From contig JAFTSG010000008.1 of the NCBI GenBank assembly GCA_017467445.1, forward strand, positions 71,953 through 135,952: 64,000 bases of DNA. The letters are read 5' to 3'. Below the pieces are notes generated by a model that had not been told where the DNA came from, made no database searches, and saw only the letters and a program-made list of their open reading frames with translations. Position numbers and translations under genes: made by a program. Positions 29,103-41,864 of the stretch are shown in pieces. Every line of letters begins with the position of its first letter. Within the stretch, counting starts at the first letter, position 1. Source of the DNA: Clostridia bacterium (GTDB taxonomy: Bacteria > Bacillota > Clostridia > RUG12999).

Positions 29103-31832
29103 TTATTGCCCGCAGCATTTTTTATACTTTTTACCGCTGCCACAGGGGCACGGGTCGTTTCTACCGACTTTTTCCCCTACTTTAACAGTTTTTCCCTCCG
29201 GGTTGCCCTCTCCGTGAGATGCTTCTATCGGTTTCGCAACCTGTTTACGTTCCGTTTTTGCGCCGGGCTGAATTCTCATAAGCATTTTAACGGTATCGGT
29301 TTTTATGTTTGCAATCATTGCATCAAACATATCCATACCTTCATATTTATATTCCACAACAGGGTCCTTCTGCGCATATGCACGAAGAGATATTCCGCGG
29401 CGGAGCTGGTCCATAAGGTCAATATGTTCCATCCATTTACTGTCTACGTTCTGGAGCATAATAACACGTTCAACCTCACGCATATTTTCGCCAAAAAGCT
29501 CTTCCTGCTGGGCATATTTTTCCATTGCTTTTTCTTTTACTTTTTTAATAAAGGAAGCTCTTGTTTCTTCTTCTAAAAATTCTTTATCAAAAACAAGCTC
29601 GCCTTCAGCATAAATAAAGTTTTCAAGTTCTGCTTTTATACCGTCAAGATTCCATTCTTCCGGATTATCCTCGCCGCCAAAATAGCTTGTGAGAAGTTCG
29701 CCCGCAACGTCGTTAATCATTTTTTCAATGTTTGCCTTCAGGTCTTCTCCGTCAAGAACTTTCTTACGTTCGTTATAAATAATCTTTCTTTGTTCATTCA
29801 TAACTTCGTCATACTGAAGAACGTGTTTACGAATGTCAAAGTTTCTGCCTTCAATTTTCTTCTGCGCACTTTCAATGGAGTTTGTAAGCATTGAATGTTC
29901 AATAGGTTCATTATCCGGAAGTCCCAGTGCGGTTACAACCGTTTTAAGTCTTTCGGAACCGAAAAGACGCATAAGATCATCATCAAGAGAAATAAAGAAT
30001 CTTGTGTTACCGGGGTCCCCCTGTCGTCCTGCACGTCCACGAAGCTGATTATCAATGCGTCGTGATTCGTGTCGTTCAGTACCTATAATACAAAGACCTC
30101 CTGCTTTAACAACTTCATCGTGTGATGATGCAATTTCAGCTTTGTATTTATCGTGCAGCTCTTTATATTTTTCTCTTGCTTCAAGAATCTGTTCGTCTTC
30201 CGTTTCGGAATAGCTTGTTGCTTCTGAAATCATAGCATCCTCATATCCGAGTTTTGCCATTTCGCTTTTTGCCAGATATTCAGCATTACCGCCAAGCATA
30301 ATATCTGTACCACGGCCCGCCATATTGGTTGCGATGGTTACCGCACCGAGTTTACCTGCCTGCGAAATAATCTGCGCTTCTTTTTCGTGGTGTTTAGCAT
30401 TAAGAACTTCGTGTTTAATGCCCTGTTTTTTGAGCATTGCACTTAAAAGCTCGGATTTTTCAATTGAAATTGTACCCACAAGGATAGGCTGACCAATTGC
30501 GTGACGTTCTTTAACATATTCAACAACCGCATTCAGTTTTCCCATTTCCGTTTTATAAACAACATCGGAAAGGTCTTTTCTAAGAAGCGGTTTATTTGTT
30601 GGGATTTCAATTACATCAAGACCGTAAATTTCACGGAATTCATCTTCTTCAGTAAGGGCGGTACCTGTCATACCCGAAAGCTTTTTATAAAGTCTGAAAT
30701 AGTTCTGGAATGTTATTGTTGCAAGGGTTTTGCTTTCGTTTGCAACCTTTACATTTTCCTTCGCTTCAATAGCCTGATGAAGCCCTTCATTATATCTTCT
30801 TCCTATCATCAAACGGCCTGTAAATTCATCTACAATAATAACTTCGTCGTCCTGAACAACGTAGTCAATATCACGGCGCATAAGACCGTGCGCACGTATT
30901 GCCTGATTGATATGATGAACAATGCTCGTATTTTCAATGTCAGAAAAATTTTCAAGATTAAAGAAGCTTTCCGCTTTTTTGATACCCTGTTTTGTAAGAG
31001 TTACAGTATGTGCTTTTTCGTCTACAAGATAATCTGTTTCAAGGTCATCATACTGCTGCTTTGAATCAAGAGTTTCTTTTTTTATGAATTTCAGGCTTCT
31101 TGCAAATCTGTCTGCAAGTGAATAAAGCTCTGTTGATTTTTCGCCCATACCTGAAATGATAAGCGGTGTACGCGCTTCGTCAATAAGAATGGAGTCTACT
31201 TCGTCTATGATTGCAAAAGGCTGACCTCTCTGCACCATATTTTCTTTATAGATAACCATATTATCACGAAGATAGTCAAAACCGAATTCGTTGTTTGTAC
31301 CGTAGGTAATATCCGCATTATATGCCGCCTGCTTTTCTTCCGCCGGCATTCCGCTTACAACAAGACCAACAGAAAGACCAAGGAATTTATATACCTTTCC
31401 CATCCATTCGCTGTCACGTTTTGCAAGATAATCATTGACGGTTACGATGTGAACACCGTCACCTGTTATTGCATTAAGATATGCCGGAAGTGTTGCAACA
31501 AGAGTTTTACCTTCACCTGTTTTCATTTCGGCAATTCTTCCCTGATGAAGAACAATACCACCGATAAGCTGAACGGTAAAATGGCGCATACCAAGTACCC
31601 TGCCTGCTGCTTCTCTTACTACAGAAAATGCTTCGGGCAAAATACTGTCAAGCGATTCTCCGTTTTTATATCTTGTTTTGAACTCTTCGGTTTTTGCTTT
31701 AAGCTCGCTGTCGGAAAGCTGCTTTGTAGCTTCTTCAAAACTGTTTATTTTATCAACAATAGGCATAATACGTTTCAGCTCTCTTGAGCTATACGTACCA
31801 AATATTTTTTCTATAGTTCCTCTGATGCCCAT
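29103..31832 (-). CDS. secA: preprotein translocase ATPase SecA
   Basis: MKTGEGKTL Walker [20 protein letters not shown] and the C-terminal zinc motif [14 protein letters not shown]. Confidence 0.97.
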   Translation of the reverse strand: MGIRGTIEKIFGTYSSRELKRIMPIVDKINSFEEATKQLSDSELKAKTEEFKTRYKNGESLDSILPEAFSVVREAAGRVLGMRHFTVQLIGGIVLHQGRIAEMKTGEGKTLVATLPAYLNAITGDGVHIVTVNDYLAKRDSEWMGKVYKFLGLSVGLVVSGMPAEEKQAAYNADITYGTNNEFGFDYLRDNMVIYKENMVQRGQPFAIIDEVDSILIDEARTPLIISGMGEKSTELYSLADRFARSLKFIKKETLDSKQQYDDLETDYLVDEKAHTVTLTKQGIKKAESFFNLENFSDIENTSIVHHINQAIRAHGLMRRDIDYVVQDDEVIIVDEFTGRLMIGRRYNEGLHQAIEAKENVKVANESKTLATITFQNYFRLYKKLSGMTGTALTEEDEFREIYGLDVIEIPTNKPLLRKDLSDVVYKTEMGKLNAVVEYVKERHAIGQPILVGTISIEKSELLSAMLKKQGIKHEVLNAKHHEKEAQIISQAGKLGAVTIATNMAGRGTDIMLGGNAEYLAKSEMAKLGYEDAMISEATSYSETEDEQILEAREKYKELHDKYKAEIASSHDEVVKAGGLCIIGTERHESRRIDNQLRGRAGRQGDPGNTRFFISLDDDLMRLFGSERLKTVVTALGLPDNEPIEHSMLTNSIESAQKKIEGRNFDIRKHVLQYDEVMNEQRKIIYNERKKVLDGEDLKANIEKMINDVAGELLTSYFGGEDNPEEWNLDGIKAELENFIYAEGELVFDKEFLEEETRASFIKKVKEKAMEKYAQQEELFGENMREVERVIMLQNVDSKWMEHIDLMDQLRRGISLRAYAQKDPVVEYKYEGMDMFDAMIANIKTDTVKMLMRIQPGAKTERKQVAKPIEASHGEGNPEGKTVKVGEKVGRNDPCPCGSGKKYKKCCGQ

Positions 31833-31851
31833 TTTCTCACTGCCTTTCTTT

Positions 31852-33714
<1,863 letters not shown>

Positions 33715-33800
33715 TCTCCCAATAGTTGTATGTATTATGATGAAATATTCTGCCCCAAAACATCAATTTAATTGTATGCTTTTTTACAATTTTTTATTTA

Positions 33801-34337
33801 TTAGCCGTAGATTTCTTCTTTCAAAACACCTACAAACGGCAAGTTTCTGTATTTTTCGGCATAGTCAAGTCCGTATCCCACTACAAACTCGTTTTCAATC
33901 TGAAAACCTGTGTAATCAACAAAAACCTCAACCTCACGTCTTGACGGTTTGTCAAGCATTGTACAGATTTTAACCGATTTTGCGCCACGGTCCAAAAAGT
34001 TTTCTTTAAGATTTGAAAGTGTTCGTCCCGTGTCAACAATATCTTCAACAATAAGAACGTTTTTGCCGTTTAAATCAATTGAAGTATCTTTCTTTATTTC
34101 AAGTTTGCCTGAAGAAGTTGTTGAATTACCGTAGCTTGATGCCACCATAAAATCCATCTGAACGTTGCTTTTCATATTTCTGATTAAATCAGCCATAAAT
34201 ACAAATCCGCCTTTTAAAATGGATATTGCAACAAAATCTTCCCCATTATAATCTTTTTCAATTTCGTCTGCTATTTCAGCTGCTCTTTGTGTAAGCTGCT
34301 GCTCCGTAACAAGAATTTTCTTAATATCATTTATCAT
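33801..34337 (-). CDS. hpt: hypoxanthine phosphoribosyltransferase
   Basis: VLIVEDIVDTGRT PRPP-binding motif. Start ATG 34337 lies 7 nt after GGGGGA; the track start is a GTG inside the tilS 3' end. Confidence 0.92.
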   Translation of the reverse strand: MINDIKKILVTEQQLTQRAAEIADEIEKDYNGEDFVAISILKGGFVFMADLIRNMKSNVQMDFMVASSYGNSTTSSGKLEIKKDTSIDLNGKNVLIVEDIVDTGRTLSNLKENFLDRGAKSVKICTMLDKPSRREVEVFVDYTGFQIENEFVVGYGLDYAEKYRNLPFVGVLKEEIYG

Positions 34338-35613
34338 TTGCAAATCCCCCACAGTATATCTTTATATTGTGTTTTTTTAAAACATCCCCTGTAATAACTC
34401 CCGGCACGGCCGCAACCTCACCGTCTACTGTTATTACGCCGATGTTATCCCTCTTATGCATTGGTATTTTTTTATCTATTAAAACTTTTTTTACTTTTTT
34501 ATGCATTCCGCCCGCAAGTATTTTATCCCCATCCTGTCTGCTGCGTAATACAACATTTCGGTTTTTTGGATTTTCACATATAATCTTAAGTCCGTTTACA
34601 AAATTATCTCCGTTTTGCAGTTTGTATGAAAAGCTTTCTTTTTCCGGATAGCCAGATTTAAAATAGAGTTTATTATACGAAAGCTCCGCATATCCCCCCG
34701 GCAAATCAACCTTTTTCCCGGTTTTCCCCTTGCCTACAAGTTCAATCAGCATTACAACATGTTTATATTCTAAATCAATATTTGCCTTTTTTGAAATATC
34801 TATAAAAAATCTTTTTTGAAGCGACGGATGAATGTTTTTAAATTTGTCAATATCCACAAACAAACCGTATTCATCTTCACCCGCAATAGCATGTTTAACT
34901 TTTTCAAGTTCTTCTTCAATAAAGCTTTTGTCTGACGATGAATTTTCTCCAAGCCGGCATAACGTGGAAATTATATCCGGATTAAATTCTTTTAAATATT
35001 CAAAAAGTCCAAGTCTTATTTTGTTTCTTGTATAATCCTGTGTAAGATTTGTAGAATCTGTTACAAAATCAAGATTATTCTCTTTGCAGTAGCATTCAAT
35101 TTCTTTTCTTTCAAGAAACAGTATCGGTCTTACTATATTCCCCCGTTTTAATGGAATTCCTGCTATGCCGCCCAATCCGCTGCCGCGGATTATATGATGC
35201 AGAATTGTTTCCGCATTATCATTTTTGTTATGAGCGGTTGCAATTTTTGAAATACTCTTTTGTTTAATAAGTGATTCAAAAAAGTCATATCTTGCGTTTC
35301 GTCCCGCTTCTTCTTCCGAAATACCAAGTGTCTTTGCAAGCTCCGGAACGTTTGCATATTCAATATAAAACGGTATTTCATATTTTTCGCAAAAGCTTTT
35401 TGCAAATTCAGCGTCCCTGTCTGCCTCTTCTCCTCTTATACCATGGTGAAGATGTGCCGCCGATACCGATATGTCAAGTTCATCTTTCAAACTATAGAGC
35501 ATATGCAAAAGACATACCGAATCCGCGCCTCCCGAAAATGCAACAACAACGCTGTCACCTTTTTCAAGAAGACCGTTTTCGCAAATATACTTTTTTACTC
35601 GTTCTTTAATCAT
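34327..35613 (-). CDS. tilS: tRNA(Ile)-lysidine synthase
   Basis: SGGADS PP-loop and tilS-hpt-ftsH synteny. Confidence 0.92.
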   Translation of the reverse strand: MIKERVKKYICENGLLEKGDSVVVAFSGGADSVCLLHMLYSLKDELDISVSAAHLHHGIRGEEADRDAEFAKSFCEKYEIPFYIEYANVPELAKTLGISEEEAGRNARYDFFESLIKQKSISKIATAHNKNDNAETILHHIIRGSGLGGIAGIPLKRGNIVRPILFLERKEIECYCKENNLDFVTDSTNLTQDYTRNKIRLGLFEYLKEFNPDIISTLCRLGENSSSDKSFIEEELEKVKHAIAGEDEYGLFVDIDKFKNIHPSLQKRFFIDISKKANIDLEYKHVVMLIELVGKGKTGKKVDLPGGYAELSYNKLYFKSGYPEKESFSYKLQNGDNFVNGLKIICENPKNRNVVLRSRQDGDKILAGGMHKKVKKVLIDKKIPMHKRDNIGVITVDGEVAAVPGVITGDVLKKHNIKIYCGGFANDK

Positions 35614-35619
35614 TTGTTA

Positions 35620-36951
35620 TCACTCATATGTTTTATTCAGAGTTCTGAACTTTGTAAATTCGCCGTTCCATGCAAGCTCAACCGTGTCGGTAGCACCGTT
35701 ACGGTGTTTTGCAATAATACATTCGGCAATATTCTTTTTCTCTGTGTTCGGGTCGTAATAATCAGGTCTGTGCAGGAAAATTACCATATCGGCATCCTGC
35801 TCGATTGCCCCTGATTCACGAAGGTCACTGAGTATAGGTTTATGGTCTGTTCTGTTTGCTGTTGCACGTGAAAGCTGCGAAAGTGCGATTACGGGAACAT
35901 TAAGCTCTTTTGCAAGCACTTTGAGTGAGCGCGAAATTTCAGAAATTTCCTGCTGTCTGTTTTCCGTTCTTTTGCTTCCCTGCATAAGCTGCAGATAGTC
36001 AATCACTACCATTCCAAGACCTTTTTCAAGCTGCAGTCTTCTGCATTTTGCACGTATATCTGTTACCGTTATACCCGGTGAATCATCAATATAAAGCGGG
36101 GCTTTTGAAAGCTTACCTACAACGGATGCTATAACTGGCCAGTCATCATCACTGAGTGTGCCGTTACGCATTTTTTCACCGCTTATCATAGCTTCAGACC
36201 ATATAATTCTGTTACCAAGCTGTTCTTTTGACATTTCAAGGTTGAACACCGCTACGGGAACATTTTTATGTAACGCCGCATACTGCGCAATGTTAAGGGC
36301 AAAACTTGTTTTACCCATTGCAGGACGTGCCGCAATTATGATAAGGTCCGAGGGCTGAAATCCGTTTGTTATTGCATCAAGATCGGTAAACCCTGTTGCA
36401 ACACCGTTTGTTTGCCCTTTGTTTATACATACTTTTTCAAGCTGTTCAAACGTGCCTGCCAGTACGTCTTTAATATGCGTAAATCCCTGAAGCTGTCTGT
36501 TCTGAAGAATGTCATAAATATATTTTTCGGATGTGTCAAGTATTACGCTGACATCGTCATTCTCATTAAAGCTGATTGACTGGATTTCCTTTGCTGCACC
36601 GATAAGTCTGCGAAGCACTGCTTTATCCTGAATGATTTTGATATATGCCTTAAGGTTCTGTGTTGTAGGAGTTATCATTGCAAGGTTTGCAAGATACTGA
36701 TATCCGCCGACAGTTTCAATATTCGGTCCAAGCGCTTTTGAAATAGTTATACTATCAACCGCTTCACCGGAATTCCACAAATCGATTATAGCAGAATATA
36801 TTAACTTGTTCTGAGGCATATAAAAATCGTCTGCTGTTACCTTATCTGTTATTTCGGTAAGGCAGTTCGGGTCAACCAATATCGAGCCGAGCACGGACTG
36901 TTCGGCTTCCGCATTAAACGGCAGGGTCCTCACTGTATAATTTTCTTCCAT
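35620..36951 (-). CDS. dnaB: replicative DNA helicase (DnaB family; DnaC in B. subtilis nomenclature)
   Basis: PFNAEAEQSVLGSIL N-terminus, Walker A ARPAMGKTSF and rplI-dnaB synteny. Confidence 0.96.
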   Translation of the reverse strand: MEENYTVRTLPFNAEAEQSVLGSILVDPNCLTEITDKVTADDFYMPQNKLIYSAIIDLWNSGEAVDSITISKALGPNIETVGGYQYLANLAMITPTTQNLKAYIKIIQDKAVLRRLIGAAKEIQSISFNENDDVSVILDTSEKYIYDILQNRQLQGFTHIKDVLAGTFEQLEKVCINKGQTNGVATGFTDLDAITNGFQPSDLIIIAARPAMGKTSFALNIAQYAALHKNVPVAVFNLEMSKEQLGNRIIWSEAMISGEKMRNGTLSDDDWPVIASVVGKLSKAPLYIDDSPGITVTDIRAKCRRLQLEKGLGMVVIDYLQLMQGSKRTENRQQEISEISRSLKVLAKELNVPVIALSQLSRATANRTDHKPILSDLRESGAIEQDADMVIFLHRPDYYDPNTEKKNIAECIIAKHRNGATDTVELAWNGEFTKFRTLNKTYE

Positions 36952-36970
36952 AATCTTTACCTTCCAACAA

Positions 36971-37411
36971 TTATTTTACTGTTACTTTAAGTGTTGCACT
37001 AACGCCTGCATGTACTTTTACAGGCAATTGATATTCGCCTACTGATTTAATTGGGTCATGAAGAACAATTTTCTTTTTATCAACCACAATATGGCCCTGC
37101 ATTTTAAGTGCATCTGCAACATCACCTGATGTTATTGAACCAAAAAGCTTACCGTTATCGCCCGATTTTGATTCTATAGTAACGGAAACTGATTCGATTT
37201 TTGCCGCAAGTTCTTTTGCCGCTTCAAGCTCTTTTTCTTCTCTATAGGCTTTGGCATCTGCCTTGCCTTTCATTTCGTTTATAGCTGATTTTGTAGCTTC
37301 AGTTGCAAGTCCTTTCGGAAGAAGAAAGTTTCTTGCATATCCGTCGCTGACATTAATCATATCTCCTTTTTTACCCTGACCTTTAACGTCAGCAGTTAAA
37401 ATTACTTTCAT
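36971..37411 (-). CDS. rplI: 50S ribosomal protein L9
   Basis: [36 protein letters not shown] matches the canonical L9 N-terminus. Confidence 0.97.
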   Translation of the reverse strand: MKVILTADVKGQGKKGDMINVSDGYARNFLLPKGLATEATKSAINEMKGKADAKAYREEKELEAAKELAAKIESVSVTIESKSGDNGKLFGSITSGDVADALKMQGHIVVDKKKIVLHDPIKSVGEYQLPVKVHAGVSATLKVTVK

Positions 37412-37417
37412 ATGTTA

Positions 37418-39406
37418 TCAACCTTTCCTGTTATTTTCAAAATACTCATCTATTGCCTGTTTAAGAATTGTTTTTGCTTCCTCAAACCTACATTCAAGCT
37501 GGGCGCCTGCAACAACATGATGTCCGCCACCGCCAATTAGTTCAAGAATCATCTGCACGTTTATATTTCCAAGTGAACGTCCGCTTATATGCGTTATATT
37601 ATTCACTCTGCACATTGTAAACGAAGCAACAATTCCTTCTATATCAAGCAAATCGTCTGCCGCTGCTGCGGTAAGACTCTGTATATCCTCATAATCACTG
37701 TCCGTAGAAGAAATTGCAATAAATCCGTTATAAATCTCTGCGGATTTTACAATTTCGGAACGTATTGCATATTCAGTTCTTCCCGTCTGGAATAGAACTT
37801 TAATATTTGTTGCATCTACACCTCTTCTGCGCAGATATGCCGCCGCTTCAAAAGTACGTACACCCGTTTTGAATGAAAATCCTTTTGTATCAAGTTCTAT
37901 CCCTGCAAAAAGTGCTTCTGCCACGTTTTTGGTTATGCTCTTTCCGTCGTTCATATACTGAAGAAGCTCGGTTACCATTTCGCAAGCTGAAGATGCCGAC
38001 GGTTCGTGGTAAGTAAGTGATGCATTTTCAATAAAGTCTGAACTTTTTCTGTGGTGGTCAATCACAACAATATTGTTTGTTCTTTCAATAAGCTGCGGCT
38101 CTTCCGTTATAATGGGTTTAAACACATCAACTATTATAAGCAGAGTTTCAGGTGTTATCCTTGAGAGTGCCGTTTCCCTGTTTATAAACACACCGCCGAA
38201 TTTTTCTGTTTTTTCAAACTGATTTTTGAGTTTGTTAGTATATGAATTTGATGTTTCAAGAACTACAAAACTTGGTTTTCCTTCTTCAAGGGCAGCCGAG
38301 CACATACCTATTGCCGCACCAAAACTGTCAAGGTCGGCATTTTTATGACCCATAATCATAACCTGTTCGGACTGATTAATAAGCTGTTTCAGTGCATATG
38401 CCATTACACGCGTTTTAACACGGGTATACTTTTCAAGTTCTTTACTGTTACCACCAAAATATTTAAACCCATCTTCGTTTTTGATTACTGCCTGGTCACC
38501 GCCACGGCCAAGTGCCATATTAAGCGCGTTACGTGCCGAAATGTCGTCGGCATAAATATTATTGTCGGCACCTGTTCCGATACCCATACTTATTGTAACA
38601 GGAATTTTGTTACCCAAACTTATATTTCTTACTTCATCAAGAATTGTAAACTTTGATTCTATTACTTTTCGGAGCTGAAGCGAACTGAACACAATAAAGA
38701 ATTTGTCGCGTTCAATTTTCTTTATTGCCCCCTGATTTTCAATTGCCCAGTCGGTTATTTTCTTTTCAACAGTACCAATAAGAACTGTTTTTGTATCATC
38801 TTCCGTATGCTGCATCACTTCTTCGTAGTTATCTATTGTGAGTGAGCATACAACAGGACGCGAATTTTCAAATGATGTTTTAAGATTTTCAAACTTTGTA
38901 TCGTCAATCCAATAAAGAACAGCAAGATTACTTTTGTTTCTGTCCACATGATTTACAACAAGTTTATAATGTTTGCCTTTAAAAACAATCTTCTTTTCAG
39001 AAGATGTGTTTTCCATCAGTTTATTAACATCAACATCAAGCAGGTCATTAAAGTTAACGTCCTGAAGTCCGTCAAGCTCAAAGATTTCACGGAAAAGCTC
39101 GTTATACCATATAACAGAACCGTCAGTATTAAGTACCGAAATGGGAAGAGGCAAACTTACAAGCGAGTTTCTTCCTGCTTCATCGGCATAAAACGAAAGA
39201 TTTTGTATATATTCCTGCAGAGCTTTTTCTCTTTTTGATTCTGTTAAAAAACAATATACAGTAAGACCAATCCAGATTGCAAACCCTAATAAAAACTGTG
39301 CAACATCACCCGTTATGATAAGCGGCATAACGGCAAGCACAAATACAACAACAAGAAATACTGCTGTTGTTGTTTTAAATAAAAATGCAAACGGTTTGTT
39401 TTTCAT
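37418..39406 (-). CDS. gdpP: cyclic-di-AMP phosphodiesterase GdpP (YybT-like)
   Basis: Two N-terminal TM segments, a degenerate GGDEF-like middle region, then DHH (IDHH) and GGGH motifs. The position upstream of rplI is conserved. Start ATG 39406 follows AGGAGGTGG. Confidence 0.88.
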   Translation of the reverse strand: MKNKPFAFLFKTTTAVFLVVVFVLAVMPLIITGDVAQFLLGFAIWIGLTVYCFLTESKREKALQEYIQNLSFYADEAGRNSLVSLPLPISVLNTDGSVIWYNELFREIFELDGLQDVNFNDLLDVDVNKLMENTSSEKKIVFKGKHYKLVVNHVDRNKSNLAVLYWIDDTKFENLKTSFENSRPVVCSLTIDNYEEVMQHTEDDTKTVLIGTVEKKITDWAIENQGAIKKIERDKFFIVFSSLQLRKVIESKFTILDEVRNISLGNKIPVTISMGIGTGADNNIYADDISARNALNMALGRGGDQAVIKNEDGFKYFGGNSKELEKYTRVKTRVMAYALKQLINQSEQVMIMGHKNADLDSFGAAIGMCSAALEEGKPSFVVLETSNSYTNKLKNQFEKTEKFGGVFINRETALSRITPETLLIIVDVFKPIITEEPQLIERTNNIVVIDHHRKSSDFIENASLTYHEPSASSACEMVTELLQYMNDGKSITKNVAEALFAGIELDTKGFSFKTGVRTFEAAAYLRRRGVDATNIKVLFQTGRTEYAIRSEIVKSAEIYNGFIAISSTDSDYEDIQSLTAAAADDLLDIEGIVASFTMCRVNNITHISGRSLGNINVQMILELIGGGGHHVVAGAQLECRFEEAKTILKQAIDEYFENNRKG

Positions 39407-39444
39407 TTCAGGTCCACCTCCTGTAAAATAATCCATATTATTTT

Positions 39445-39473
39445 ATTATACATAATTTTGCAGATAACGTCAA
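39445..39473 (-). promoter_or_regulatory. sigma-A-type promoter for gdpP-rplI-dnaB
   Basis: On the minus strand: TTGACG (39473-39468), a 17-nt spacer, then TATAAT (39450-39445). Confidence 0.65.
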
Positions 39474-39485
39474 GTTTTATTTGTA

Positions 39486-41864
39486 TTATTCAAGCGGTTT
39501 TACGGCTTTTGAAACAATGTTTTTCCTGCCGCAGGTTTCAAAGTCAATTGTAAGCACCGTCATGGCGTCCGAAGCATCGACTTCCGCAACGGTTCCCACA
39601 CCGAATTTAACGTGCGATACCTTATCACCCACACTATAGCTTGTTTTATCTTTATAGTCTGTTTTAATGCTTTGTTTCGGCATTGTATTATACTTAAACT
39701 GCATAGATTTTGACGGTTTTGAATAAATATCGGGCATCGAAAATCCCGAAGATGAAAAACCTGATGTATATTTTTTTTCTTTTATTTCTTTTTCCATAAG
39801 ACGCTCGGGTATTTCATCAATAAACCTTGAGGGCAAATGATACTGTGTGCGTCCATACATCATACGGCTGTTTGCATACGATAGTGTCATTTTCTTTTTC
39901 GCCCCTGTGAGTGCAACATAGAAAAGACGGCGTTCTTCTTCAATCTCGCTTTCGGTATCTTCCTCATCAACTATTTTCGGAAAAACATCTTCCTCACATC
40001 CCGCAAGAAAAACATATGTAAATTCAAGACCCTTTGCCGCATGAATTGTCATAAGCGTTACGGTATTATCATCATCCTCTTCCGTTACGTCCGTATCGGT
40101 CATAAGGGTTGTATACTCCAGAAATTCACTTACTGTAGTTATGCCGTCTTTTTCCTCATATTCAGCGGCTACGGAAATGAGTTCTTCAAGATTTTCCATT
40201 CTTGTCTGAGCTTCAATTTCGCCCTCTTTGATATATTCTTCCTGAAGATTAAGTTTGTTTATTATTTCATCAATTGCTTTTGAAGGAAGATTTGCATTGC
40301 AGTAGTTTTTGAGTGTTTCATAAAGCTCATAAAAAGCACCAAGCTTTGTTTTCGTTTTGCCGTCATCCATACCCGCTATGGCATCAAGCATACTCACGCC
40401 CATTTCGGTTGCAAGCTGTTCAAGTTTTTCCACGGTGGAATCACCAATACCGCGTTTAGGAACATTGATAATTCTTTTAAGACTTATATTATCCGCCGGA
40501 TTTACTATGATTTTCAGATATGCAATAAGGTCTTTTATTTCCTTGCGGTCATAGAATTTAAGACCGCCGACAATCCTGTACGGAATTGCATTCTTAATAA
40601 GCGCATCTTCAATTGCACGTGACTGTGTATGTGTTCTATACAGCACCGCAACATCGGAATATTTCTTTGCCTCATCAAGAGAAAGCTTTTCAATATCATC
40701 CGCTATTCCGTTTGCTTCGTCACGCTCGTCATCACGTTCATAGAGTGTAATTTTATCGCCACCCGGCGCACTTGTCCAAAGCTTTTTATCCTTGCGGTTG
40801 GTATTATTCTTAATAACCTCGTTTGCCGCATCAAGTATTATACTTGTTGAACGATAGTTCTGTTCAAGCTTTATTACTGTGCAGTTTTTGTAATTATCTT
40901 CAAAATCAATTATGTTCTGAATATCCGCACCACGCCATCCGTAAATTGACTGGTCATCATCACCAACAACGCAAAGGTTCCCGTGAGCGGATGCAAGTGC
41001 CGAGATAAGCTCGTACTGTGCTTTGTTTGTATCCTGATATTCATCAACAAGCACGTAATGGAATTTACCTGCAAGCTTTTCACGAACATCGGGATATTCA
41101 GTTAAAAGTTTTACTGTAAGACAGATTATTTCATCAAAATCAAGGGCGTTATATTCACGCAGTTTCTGCTGATAAAGCTGAAAAATACGACCGATGTTTT
41201 CAAGCCTGTAGCTGTCTGCCGTTTCAAGAAAATCGTCCGGCGACATAAGTTTATCCTTTGCAGAGCCTATGTAACCAAGCACATCCGAAGGTTTATAATC
41301 CTTTTCATTGAAACCAAGCTGATGTATACAGGTTTTTACAAGAGTTTTTGCATCTGCCGTATCATAAATAACAAAATTGCTGTTATATCCAAAAATTTTA
41401 TCAATGTTTCGTCTTAAGATTTTTACGCATATTGAATGGAAAGTACCAATCCACATATCCGCCGATTCAGCGCCCGCTACCGCCGCAATTCTTTCTTTCA
41501 TTTCGTTTGCGGCTTTATTGGTAAACGTAAAAGCAAGTATATTATACGGTTTTACGGGGTTTTTTCTTATTTTTTCGGCAATAAAATCATCCGGCGACAT
41601 ACCGCCGTCTGCAAATGCACGCATATATGCAATTGTGTTTTCATCTACATCCTGCGGCAGACTGCTGCTTAAATCATAAGCATTGCCGTATTTTATCATA
41701 TACGCAATTTTATTGACAACCGTTGTTGTTTTACCGCTTCCCGCTCCCGCAAGTATAAGCGTGTGTCCTTTTGATGTAAACACCGCTTTTTGTTGCATAC
41801 CATTAAGGTGATTAAATTCTATTTCAAGAAGTTTTCTTTTTAAATCATTAAATTCCGTTATCAT
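39486..41864 (-). CDS. pcrA: ATP-dependent DNA helicase PcrA/UvrD family
   Basis: AGAGSGKTT, DEYQDTN and related SF1 motifs. Start ATG 41864 overlaps the upstream stop (ATGA) and lies 6 nt after GGAG. Confidence 0.93.
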   Translation of the reverse strand: MITEFNDLKRKLLEIEFNHLNGMQQKAVFTSKGHTLILAGAGSGKTTTVVNKIAYMIKYGNAYDLSSSLPQDVDENTIAYMRAFADGGMSPDDFIAEKIRKNPVKPYNILAFTFTNKAANEMKERIAAVAGAESADMWIGTFHSICVKILRRNIDKIFGYNSNFVIYDTADAKTLVKTCIHQLGFNEKDYKPSDVLGYIGSAKDKLMSPDDFLETADSYRLENIGRIFQLYQQKLREYNALDFDEIICLTVKLLTEYPDVREKLAGKFHYVLVDEYQDTNKAQYELISALASAHGNLCVVGDDDQSIYGWRGADIQNIIDFEDNYKNCTVIKLEQNYRSTSIILDAANEVIKNNTNRKDKKLWTSAPGGDKITLYERDDERDEANGIADDIEKLSLDEAKKYSDVAVLYRTHTQSRAIEDALIKNAIPYRIVGGLKFYDRKEIKDLIAYLKIIVNPADNISLKRIINVPKRGIGDSTVEKLEQLATEMGVSMLDAIAGMDDGKTKTKLGAFYELYETLKNYCNANLPSKAIDEIINKLNLQEEYIKEGEIEAQTRMENLEELISVAAEYEEKDGITTVSEFLEYTTLMTDTDVTEEDDDNTVTLMTIHAAKGLEFTYVFLAGCEEDVFPKIVDEEDTESEIEEERRLFYVALTGAKKKMTLSYANSRMMYGRTQYHLPSRFIDEIPERLMEKEIKEKKYTSGFSSSGFSMPDIYSKPSKSMQFKYNTMPKQSIKTDYKDKTSYSVGDKVSHVKFGVGTVAEVDASDAMTVLTIDFETCGRKNIVSKAVKPLE